Assembly (NCBI GenBank): GCA_000826855.1 | Contig: JTLS01000050.1 | Coordinates: 1-37,721 of the forward strand | DNA from: Basidioascus undulatus | Taxonomy: Eukaryota | DNA length: 37,721 nt | Reading direction: 5' to 3' | In this document: piece after piece, positions 24,186 to 35,587 of the stretch | Position numbering within the stretch: position 1 is the first letter of the stretch | Layout of the letters: each line of letters starts with the position of its first letter | Notes under the pieces: model-generated | What the model saw: the letters and a program-made list of their open reading frames with translations, nothing else | What the model was told of the DNA's origin: nothing | The model's database searches: none | Position numbers and translations under genes: made by a program

Positions 24186-25481
24186 ATGTCAATCCCCACC
24201 CCGCTCCAGTCATTCCTCGGCGGGGCGACGCTTTCTGTACCGGTGTACAATCTCCTGACGCTGAACGGCTCGGTGTTTGGTATCTCGGGCTTCCTCCACC
24301 GAACATTCAAAGGGGGTCCTGCTTGGTCCGAGAGCGCGGCAGGAGTCGCTGGGCTTGTTATTGGAGGCGCTGTCGTGGGCGTTCTCGAAGGAAGCGGGCC
24401 CGAGAAGGTCCTCGGCAGTTTGGGCAGGGTCGTGGTATCGGGCCTCCTGGTGGGTCTGGGCACAAAAGTAAGCGTATTCCGTTATCACGATGTGATATTA
24501 AAAAGCTAAGGAAGCTCTTCGTAGTTGGCGAATGGGTGCACGTCAGGTAAACGGTGCTGCTATAACTGGCCTGGCAGTCACTCAACTCACTCATCAACTG
24601 CTCCGTTTTTCACGCAGGCCACATGATCTGTGGCGTTTCGCGGTTCTCGCCGCGGTAAGTTCTCCGATGAATTATCCTTGCCGTGAAAAAAGCTCATCTT
24701 GCCTACCCTGAAGCTCCCTCGTCGCCACGGCTACTTTCTTCACCACGGGCGTCTTGACGAACGGGCTCCTCAATGCACGATCGCTAGCACCCGCTCGGAG
24801 TCCCGACTGGACACTCGGAAGCAGCGGCAACGCACTGCTCTTTCTTCAGAGCATTCCTTTTGCAGTGGCCACTCTCCTTCGCATATTCGTATGTACCCCC
24901 TGATTGTTGATTGAATTCACGACGCTGACCCGGTCATCTCCAGTTGCAGTTGGCCAGCCCGGCAGACGCCGACTCACCCGCGAAGAAGCCCAAGGGCCTG
25001 CTCCGCCTCGTCGCGTCGCTCTCTACTGCAGTCCACTTTGCGCTCGCCCTGCGCCTCTCGAACCTCACCGACCCGCTCAAAGTGCTCTCCTTCCTCGCTC
25101 TTCCTTTCTCGAGCGCGTTCGATCCGTCCCTGGCGTGCCTCGCCGTCGGCGCTCTCCCACTGTCTATTCTTCTCTATAACTATGCGCGAGGGGAGGAGAA
25201 GGCCAAGCTCGGTGGACCGTGGGGCATCCCGAAGGGCGGCGACATCGACGGCAAGCTGCTTCTCGGCGCTGCGCTGTTTGGTGTAGGATGGGGGATCGAG
25301 GGGATCTGCCGTGAGTCTTTCTGACAGGGATATCTTTATGTGGTGAATTAACAAGCGCATTTTCCCAGCTGGACCGGGACTCGTCAATATCGGGCGTGCT
25401 CTGGCCGGAGGTGCTGGCCTGGAGAAAATCGCAGCGTGGGTCGGCGCGGTCGTGTTCGGCGGCATTCTTGTTCCTTATTAG
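24186..25481 (+). CDS. YeeE/YedE-family (Sulf_transp) integral membrane protein with two fused halves
   Basis: NGSVFGISG, LLVGLGTK|LANGCTSG|HMICGVSRFSPR|SLVAT, KVLSFL...FDPSL, LLGAALFGVGWGIEGIC|PGPGLV; five introns; TAG 25479-25481. Confidence 0.9.
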
Positions 25482-25838
25482 TGTAATCACTTCACTCAAG
25501 CAAGTGCGCATTCGTTTGATTTCAATATGGATTGGGTTGAGCCATCAGGCCCTGCCGAGTGAAGACGGTGTTTTGGCGTGCTCCAACCGATGCGGGCTGA
25601 ACTGTCGGTGTGCATTCGGGCCAATCCCACAACAACGTCCCGTTCACTTCGACTCGGAGGCAAGCATGCCAGTTGGCGGGTATACTACAAGTATCCATCA
25701 GATGTACGCGAGAAAGGATAGAGCTGGACGTCACAGCCAGCCGCGAGACACGAGCCAGCAAGACACAGCCCAATCGCCGATCAAAAAGATTCGAAAGAGG
25801 GTACCTCCCACCCCGACTCCCACTCCGCCAGTCCGCCC

Positions 25839-28800
25839 TCAGTCCACACGCACGCGTTCGTAGATTTGCCGGACAGCCCAGTACGCGGAGAGGAACCCAA
25901 CCGTGCCTGGTAGTCCCAATGGTTCAGTACGCCTCGCAGGAACGCATAGAGACAAAAAAGGAAAAAGAGGCCACGCACCGCACGAAAGGAAGACCACAAC
26001 GCTGATGAGCGTCAAGTACCCGAAGTAAAGGAAAGTGCTCGCAAAGTTGTCCAGCGAAAGGCGGGAAGCCCTGGATAGAGGTCCATACGTGAGCCGACTT
26101 GGGCGCTTCAAGCGAGTGTCGACAGCGTAGATCACGACGTACCAGTAGAATGCCCCATACAGCCAGACCCAAAATGCCGCGGCACCGCCTGTAAGGCTGG
26201 ATGATCGAAAACAAGGACTCATCAGCATTAACCAGGGGCTGTCATTGAACAGGCCAACATACAATGCACGCCAGTGCCACCTATCGTCGAAGCATCGTAG
26301 TCAGCGGATCTGTTCTACGCTGTGCGGTTGACGGAGGTGAGAAAATCGCACCGGTACTCTTCAGCACACAGGACAAAGTACGTCATCAGGATGGTGACGG
26401 TGGCCGAGGTGAGGCAGACGACGGCGGAGGTGAGGGCGAGGAAGCCGAAGGCGATGTAGTATTGCGAGCCGAAGAGTGAGGAGAGGATAAAGTAGATCTC
26501 GATAAACGCTGCGCCGAAGGGCAGGATGCCAGCGATAAGAGCGCTCGGCTAGTTGCAAGGCGAGATCGTGTAATCAGCATAGCGGCCAAGGAGCGCAAGA
26601 ACTCGCCGAAGGGACAGGTGAACTCACCCATGTGCGAAGATACCTACCAGTCGAGCCGTGTCAGCCAGTGGCCTGACCACGGCAAGCCAGGTAACGAGCT
26701 ACATACCAAACTTTCGGGGGGATCTGGCGCGGGATCTGATTGACTCGCACGGGGTGCGAGATGGCCTATAAAAAGCATGTCAATACGCGGCGGCAACGAT
26801 GGAGAAGTAAAGGAACGCGGGCGTAAACGCACGCCGTGCTTGTTGCCGAAGTAGGCGCCTCCGACCGTCAACGGAACAGAAACAAGGAACCAAAGGGCTA
26901 CAACGGCGAGAAGTGTGCCTCCGAAAGCCAGAGAAGTCAGTCCCGACAGAACAACAGGTAACTGTAAAGACAGAACGCACCGAACGGGACGGCACCCGAA
27001 GAGCCAGAGCCGATGAGGAAGAGGTTGAGAAGGAAGAGGACGGCAAAGATCACGCTGCAGTCCAGAAAGCGTCATCAGCACGCAGAATCATGATAGCATA
27101 GCGGAGAAAGGGACGCACGTCGGGAACACGGTGGCGGTGAGGAAGGTGTTCTTGCGCTCGGCCTTGCCGCCGAGGCTGACGTACGTCCGGCTCGAGAAAT
27201 ACCCGGCAACGACGCCGAAGAAGGTAAAGCAACTGAGGATAAAAGCAGGACGCAATCATGAATGGGTATGCGCCAGCCTTTGAAGGTAAGTTTGCGCACA
27301 TCACCATCATCGTAGCGAGAGCTCCGCGGTTCGACGGCGACAGGAAGCCAAGCAGAGCGAAGACTGTGCGGGAAATCGACTTCATGAGTCGGCGGCTCGT
27401 AGGGGTCTGAAGGGACGACACGCACCGAGCGTCACGCCAGCCATCGCAGACAGTTGGCTACCGCTGCCGACGAGAATGGAGAGCAGCATGGGGTGGTTGG
27501 GCGAGCGGAAGACCTCGCCGTGGACCTGACAACCGCATAGCCTCAGTTCTCGGAACAGCGAAGATCGTGGAGACGCGGCTGACCAGCTTCCAGCCGTAAT
27601 CGTCTTGAACATCATCCTGCCTTCGCAAATGCGACGATCAGCGGGGTAGCGCACAGACAATGAAGGGACGCAACGGACAGCGAGGTCGATAGCGTTATAG
27701 CGATTGATGTCCCCCTTGAGCGTGCGGATGAGGATCATAGAGACCATGATGCAGAGGAAGATGACCTGCGCAGGAGCGGCATATTAGCGACCGCACCCGC
27801 CGCAACAGGTGCGCAGCAGACGCACGATGACGATCGAGTTGATGAGCGAGAACCAGTGAATGCGCGGGTCGAACACCTGTGCCCAGAGCAAGCCATGAGC
27901 GAGCGATAATGGCTTGCAGGACTCGCCGGATAGCCCCCCACCTTCAGGTAGTTGTCCCAGCGAGTTGCCCACGGCGTGCTGCTGGGCTGAACAGAGCGAC
28001 CTTTCAGAAACGTGCAGGAGTCTCGGCAAGGCAACATGAACATACCACCCAGTAGACACTGTACGTGTAGGCGATATTGTTCTCTGCGTCCTCGCGGAGC
28101 ATCATGGGAGTCTTGACGCTGCAGTCGGGGGTCGTGGCACCCGCGGTAATCAGGGAATGCGTGCTGCGAGGGAACGGGTCAGCTGGGGCGGGTATTTTGG
28201 AGGGAGCATTTCGCACCTGACCGGCCACACGACGACACCGACCACGCGGTGGAAGTTGTTGGGGCGGGAGTGGTAGCTGTAGGCCAGCGGAAAATGAGGT
28301 TCGTCTTGACCGGGTGAAGGCGTGCCAGCGCTCACGTACTAGAGATAGATGTCTATTCCGTCCGCTGCTCAGCCTCCCATGGCCCCAAAGTTTCCGAAGC
28401 ACAAATGACTCACCGTAGTGATTATGAAGCTCCTTCCGGCCCTTGTTCTCGTCTCCCAACGCGAAGCCTACCGAATAGAACTTTTCCCTCGTCTTCTCGT
28501 CCTGCTTGAGCTCCGCCGCGGGCAGGCCGTCCACAAGCCAGTTGACCGCATAGTTCTCCTCGATGCGCGCGTTCACAAACTTGGCATCCTCGGCCGGGAT
28601 AGCCGTCTTGCAGAGCGTCTTGCAGGTCTCGTTTTGGAGCATGTTGAGCTGCCGGGGCGATGTCAGCGAGGGCGGCGGGGGCGGAGCGGGAGGGAAGGTG
28701 CGCACTTGGAAGGGCGAGTTGAAGATTCGGTCTCCGAACAGAATTGATCCCAACCCCTCCGGCTGGCACGAGGAGCAGAAGATCAGAGCCGGACCACGAG

Positions 28801-29296
28801 CGCGTAGCAGATCTAGAGGCTCACCTGCTTCTTGGGACCGCCTTCTGGCTCGCAGTGGTGGAACTCTGGATGGTAGTAGTCATCTGCATTCTGTAATATA
28901 AGCCGCGATAGCTTATCCGACAGCATGTGAAGTCGACGCGCAGCTGACGAGCGATCGCTGCGAGGAAACATCGTGAGCTCCCCAATCTGGCATATCCCTC
29001 GATCAAACGGAGGACTCACAAGGTTCGAGCTCTCTGTAGGAGTCAAAGAGTTCACCAAGAGGTCCACCTGAAGCCCAACATTTCCAGAATCAGCTCCCAC
29101 TATCCCCAGACTACCCAATCTCACGCTCATGGCCCACCTGGTCGCCCTGTTGGTAGTCCCGGGCTACAGACAGAAGATCAGCACCGCCCGCCGAACTCTA
29201 GTAACGGGAAGGAGCGGGCATACGGGCTACGCCAGGAAGATAGAACGCATGCACTGCTTGTAGGACTGGAAGAAGCGGGAGCAGCCTCCGCAGCAT
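25839..29296 (-). CDS. Endomembrane protein 70 / transmembrane 9 superfamily member (TM9SF2/4-like)
   Basis: Signal peptide then AFYLPG, LGSILFGDRIFNSPF, NWLVDGLP, WATRWDNYL, IHWFSLINS, VHGEVFRSP, LGFLSPSNRG, RVNQIPRQIP, C-terminal QIYERVRVD*. Confidence 0.95.
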
Positions 29297-30069
29297 ATTG
29301 AGGGAGCGATGGAAGGTGAGGGTCTTGTCCAAAGACCGACGCGCTCGACGCTCGCGTGTTCGAGATTGAATTGCACGTGGCAGGCGGAGCCTTCAGCGAT
29401 GCCAAAGACGTTCATCGGGGGCTCCGCTCTTTGGATCTGAATGCAAAAAAAACCCCGATTATTGTAACGACTTGTCTGGGTCCCATCAAGTAAAAGCACT
29501 CCGAAACATATGGCCGGGCATCATTGTTATCAAGTCCAGTACTGCACACTGTCGGCTAGTCACAGACTTGCTGCAGTGTTTCGTCCGCCGAAACGTTCCC
29601 CTGGGTAACCAGAAAAATCATGCATAGGAGGTGTATGCTTAAGAGTTTAAGTTGTGAGGCTGTGTCGTGCTTGCAGCCTGCGATACATACAGTCGAGAGT
29701 AGTGAATGACCTTCCCGACCGGGGAGAGAAACCTGATGAGAGTAGTGCGTCAAAGTGCTACAATAATCTGTTTCTTGACACACCTGTTCTCAACGCGGAA
29801 GGCAAGCTGGTCGAGCAGCGTGCCGAATGGTGGCGGCTCTGCAGGGAGACGGGCGGCATTGGGAAGGTCCAACAGGGCGGATGTTGCTACCGCTGCAGCC
29901 TGCAATGAGGAAGTGTTTCAAACCCTTGGGATATGTACAGCAGATATTAATAACAACCGTGGCCGCGACTGCCACAAACCAGCGCAATCAATCCGGATAT
30001 GTGTAGTCGAGTCAGAGCCCCTGACTTCCTCCCGGGGACGACGTGCGTCTTCCTTGCCCTCATACCATC

Positions 30070-30900
30070 ACGCCGCTGCGTCGTTGCCCTCTCAAGTCCT
30101 CACCCTCACTCAGCCTTCGATGGGCAAATCATCCTCTGATCTCTTCATTCGAGCTCTGTCCATCTTGCTTGACTGGGCTCGGCAACCCGTCGACCCTGAT
30201 AAGCTTCGTCAAGCCGCCCATCGCTGTCGATCTCCAACCGCTCCTTCTCGTCAACCGCGAGACCCCTATTCTTTCCAGAGAGGACTTGTACCAGCTCACG
30301 CGCCTGTTTGAGTGGGACGGGCCGGCGCATGAGCAGGATAAAGCCCGGAAAATCTCCTGGGAGGGAAGCTGAGAGACGTTCCGCTTCTCATGCGGTAAGC
30401 TGATACTTTACGATCTCCACATATCCAGTCGCAGCTCACTATTCTCCTCCTGAAGAGGCGTCGACTTCCATATCGAATTGTACAGCGAGGTCCAGAGCCA
30501 CCCACGCGGGTAGATCTCTTGCTGCTCGACGCATCGCTACTCTCTCGTTTCCTCGGCGCTCTTCCGAATCTCGAAACCCTCTTCGACACTATCACCGGCT
30601 GGCAGAAATACGACGGAGCCAGCTTTCTCCCCTCTCCGGGGCCGATCTTCCCCTGGCTGCTTTCGCTCGTGCCACACCGAAAAGGCAGTCTGGCAAGCCG
30701 CAAATAGCGCAGAACAGGCTCGGTGGCGGATTGCTCGAAGGCTCCGCGTCGAACTCTTCAATTCTCGTCCAGATCATCCGGCTACTTATTGTGAACAAGC
30801 AGTTCCGAAGGGGTGAGTTCAAGTTGATTCGAGGTCATAGCGACGCAGGTTATGATTATAGTGATGAGAGGAGGGTGTGGTCGGAAGAAGCGAAGGAGCG
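30070..30900 (+). pseudogene. Possible degenerate F-box/LRR-like gene
   Basis: AASLPSQVL, LLSRFLGALPNLETL and leucine-rich fragments in shifting frames with stops. Confidence 0.3.
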
Positions 30901-32453
30901 ACCCCGTCCGCAAAAATGCAAGTTGAGAATTCGTCCGTGGTAACGAGCGGTTCCGTGACAGTTAAACCTCAGTACGGAAACCCTACCATGTAACGCTTTT
31001 GGGTGATTCTCTGGCTAACGGACACACTTCAACTTCGCATACGATAGCCGCTCTCTCAGTTCAATAGATTCACGATGTCAGTAATCTTAGACATTAACAG
31101 GCTGACTCTAAGTGTGGTTCAGATCAATCGAGGTGAGGCGAACAGGCATGCTCGTGCGAATACCCAAGGGGAATAGCTGGAGACCTGACGTCAATTGAAG
31201 GCCTCGGGGTATTCAAAACAATGCAGAATTAGAATAAGATTTGCGAGGCTGGTTCAAAGGTGCGCAGGCGGGAGTTTCTGAGCCCCAAGAGAGCCAACGG
31301 GATGAGGGATGACAACCCCGAGAAGGAACCAGCGTTCACGTCCTTCGTGTCGCGCATCCAATTCAAGTCAGCTCCCACTCTCAGCGGCTACAATATGTAA
31401 GCATTCGCTTGTATAAAGTGGTCAAAAATTTATAAATGGTACTGGTTGCCGTTCACTTTCCTCGCCAGCACCCTCAATCATGCTTGGTCGCTGTTTCCTC
31501 ATCGCGCTTCGCAGGCAGTTTCGCTGTGCCGCTCTCTCCAGTCTGAGGATGACTTACATCACATCCGTTTGTATAATTCCAATAATATCTGAACCAATGT
31601 TTGATGAGGTTCGCTACACACACCTATCTGTTTGGGCAATACGCATTCGCAGACGCTGCGACCTCCAAGGGCGAACACAGAGACAATTTGACGTCGCAGG
31701 TAGAGTCAGTAACAAGTGTCAGTTACTCTGTACCAGAGGGGGCCCTTGAAAGAAAAAGCTCACCCAGCAAATGAATCAACACAGAAAAGCCCGTGTTGGA
31801 CTGAGCTCGAGTGGGATGCCCAGGCGTCCTTCAGTCGTCGCACACTGAATAGCCACGTACCAAAAGCTGTAAGGTCTGGAACTACCTGCCTGACTGAGTA
31901 AGTGTTTTACAAAGCCAATACTTCCAGTCAGACGAGCATGTTCCTCTATGTACACAAGCGCAGCTTCAAGTTACTTTCACCCCTAGCAGCTGAAGTCTCT
32001 TCAGCTAATTGGTTCCTTGAATGTGCTCTGACTGCCGTTGGCTTTTCCGCTGCCCTCAATTCGTTTTGGAGACGCCTCAACTTACACTGTCACAGGCCGA
32101 GAGCGCGTTGAGAACATTGCACAATGCAGAGTCAGACTGCAGTGCACAATCTCCACGGCCTTTGGGGCCCCTGATTATCTTTGATCCTAGTGCCGGCTTA
32201 GCCCCGAAGAAAATAGCATCGGGCCACATTCTCCCAACTTCCGCTGTGGGGTCTCCGCGATTCCTCCACCAAAGCAACACATGCTGATCCGAACTTCCTG
32301 ACGTTTGGCGGTTCCTGAAGTAATCGGTTGGCCGGCAGCGGGCGCCGCGGTGTCTCCAGAAGAAGACGTTGGGCCCACCGGCTTCCACTCCATCCCCACA
32401 GTCTCCCTGCGCGGCTTTGCTCCTTCCAATCAACGCCCAAAACTCTCATTTCG

Positions 32454-35170
32454 ATGATGAGCGTCTCTTCGGCTGGTTCCCACATCGTGAAGGCAGCACT
32501 GCCAGACGCAAAGGATGAGCCTGAGAAGATTGAGAACGCGTCACCGAGCGGCGGAACCCAATCGTTGGCAAGTCCCGAGGAACTTGACCCGAATCATCCG
32601 CTCAACTTCTCCAAGGTGAGCTTGAATGAAGCTCTGCTATTCATGCACAAGCACCTTCATGCTGATACGCCGGTGATAGTGGCGAAAACTGGGAATCTTG
32701 CTGACGGTTTCGGGTGTGACTTCATCGCAGTGCCGCTGCTGCTGCCATCTCCTGTCTTTTGGTATTGACGTTACTTTGGTTCCTTCCAGCAAATGGATTT
32801 GTGGCAAACTATTCGGCGGCCGCTCACCTCACCGCCTTTCCAGAGATTGTGAGGACCAGGATCGTCAACGGCGAAGGCCGGGCTTCTCACAGTGCCTCCC
32901 AATTCAGGCTGCCGACCTGGACACGTCAGTTGCCTCGGTAGCGAACGCTATCGGCATTTCTATTCTGGGTCTTGCTGTTGGCGTACGGGTATTCTTAACT
33001 TTTGAAGCGGGTGACAGTGTCACTCACGCAGCCCTTGCAGCCTATCCTCGTCTGGAACCCCCTTTCCAAAACCATCGGACGTCGCCCGACATATCTTCTG
33101 TCTTCTCTGCTTTTCATACCCTGCGTAGTATGGATGTCAGTGCTCCTCACAATTTATTTCCAGAGCTTCACTGACTTGAATTTTATCTTCTACAGCTCGC
33201 GCGCCACCAGTTTCAATTGTAAGCGCGGTCACGATAACGCACTTCCCACCCTTGGTGTTAACAGTTGTAACTCTCTCGCACAGCGTTTGCTGCTGCTCGA
33301 TTTTTCGCTGGCTTGTGAGGAATACATTTAATCACTGTATGATAAGCTTCTGACACGGAGATTACGCAGTACGAGCGCCGCGGCACAGACACTCCCCCCT
33401 ACCAGCATTGCAGACATTTACAAGAAGGAGGTCCGCGGCGATAAAGTGAGCGGCTTGTTATCTTTCAGACACCTGATTCATACCGTCGTTGATGTATTTT
33501 TTTAATTTTTCCCCAAAGATTGCCGTTTTCTCCATGATGATGGTGGGTTGCGAGCGCCTCCGCCGCGACTTGGCAGCAGTCGCAGGCTCACATCCTCCTC
33601 ACAACACGCATGGCAGACAATCGCCCTGGCCATCGCGCCGCTCGTGGGAGGTTTCGTAGTAGCCAACACAACCTGGCGTGTAAGTTGGTTATTATCCCCA
33701 TGTATCTCCTCTTCTGCACGGCTAAAGCTGACCAAGGACATTGCAGTGGATCTACTACATTGTCCTGATCATGGCCGGCGTGCAATTCGTGGCTTTCCTC
33801 CTCCTCGTCCCTGAGACGCTCTACCTTCAAGACAGATCTACGGACCCCGAGAAGCAAATGTCTCCTGTGACAGGCCATCGAGGCGCCGCATGGATGCCCT
33901 GGCAGCGTCCTGGCGAATTCCTCGGCCTCGTCTTGCGCCCCGTCGTCATGGTGCGCATGCATGCCTTCCAACCCTCCACGGAAAGAATTCTTACACCCCT
34001 GCGTTATCAGTCCACTCAAATTGTCCTCCTTTTGCCTGCCATCCTCGCAAGTGTAGCGTTCATGTGGTGCGTCCATCCTCTCGTAATCCACCGGCAACAG
34101 CCGATTCTGAGGCAGCGGTCAACAGGTCGGTCGGCATCACAATCGTCGCACCGCAGACGTTCCGAGAAGCGCCCTATGAATTCTCGCCGGAAATTATTGG
34201 CGTAACGTATGTTGCCTGTGAGTGCTCCCTCCAATAATAGTCTGTCCGTTGTACTGAGCCAGCGCGTCGTCTGCAACGACAGACGCGATCGGAGGTGTCA
34301 TTGGGAAGCCATCTGGAGGCATCGTCGGGGACTGGATCGTAACGTACTTCGCGAAGCGTAACGGCGGTGTTCGTCAGCCGGAATACAGGTTGTGGGCTCT
34401 GGTGCGTGGAAACACGGCATACTCAACGGGTTCTGGAGCGGGCTTCCCTGACGGTCTGATGCAGTTCCCGCTCCTGCCCCTCCTCCTCGGCGGTCTTCTC
34501 ATCTTCGGCATCTGCATGTGCGTGAAAAATCTCCGTGTATCGTTTCGGAAATGTTTGACGCTGACTCCACGGGTTTCTCTCCTCAGCCAAGAGCAGACCC
34601 ACTGGTCAGCACCTCTGATTGGCGGTGGAATCTGTAAGTGATGTGCTTCCATCGTGCATGTTTTCTGCTAATCTAGTTTCCCATGATAGACTACTTCGGT
34701 ATGGTGGGAGTATTTGGCATCGTCCAGACGCAGATGGTCGAGAGCAATTTGGTCGAGTCCATGAGTATGTCCCGCCCTTGTCCTCTACGACGGACAGTGG
34801 AGCGTGACTGTCAGGGCGTTCTGTGCAGACTCCATGGCAGGTACGCTGCCGACCGTTCTGTTTGTACCGAGAAAGTCAACATCGAAGGTACTGATACCCG
34901 CCCTGAACGTAGTTTTCAACCTCTTCAAGTGCATGCTCGGCTTCGCAGCGCCTTTCTTCATCGAGGTGCATGTCCCACCGAGACTCTCCAACCGCGCCCA
35001 CATCGCTTATTCACATCAACAACTCTCCTTAGCATTGGTGTACCTCCGAGTCCTTCACCAAGGCCTACGTCGCCCAAGGCGTGGTCGTCTCCGGGTTCGG
35101 CCTCCCCGTCGCGCTGGGTTTGATCAAGTTCGGAAGGCGCCTTCGCATAGCGCAGGGCATGCCAGCATGA
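32454..35170 (+). CDS. MFS transporter, DHA1/HOL1-like, many short exons
   Basis: DPNHPLNFSK|WRK, WNPLSKTIGRRPTYL, ARFFAG, SIADIY, WR|WIYY, LVPETLY, RNGGVRQPEYRL; spliced frame open to TGA 35168-35170. Confidence 0.9.
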
Positions 35171-35587
35171 GCGGGAAGCGATGCGGCATGTCAGCGTGGC
35201 AGACGGTACAGGGCCTGTTTGGCTTCGATTGCTGGGATAGCATGTTTACGAATGATATGAAATGAGTTTAATGTTGAACCCTTTGCGGCTGTTGCGAGGG
35301 AGAGGATCCATCTTTTCGCGTGCGGAGTGAGCGTCAAATCTCTGGCGAATACAGCAAGTCTGCCTTGTTGGGTTGGCACTGGCAAGTAGTGCGCGTGAGA
35401 CCCCCCGGTTTTGCAAGGTTTCACAGAAGTGATGGCTGACAGAGACGGGAACACTCTCACTGAGCCTGTCACTCTGCCGAACCAATCCTACGATTTTCCA
35501 AGGTCTTGGAACACCTGCTGGAATTATGATCGAGTCTATCCATCCTCTCGTCCCCAACCCTCCTCCTACCTGCTCTCCATCTTTCTT

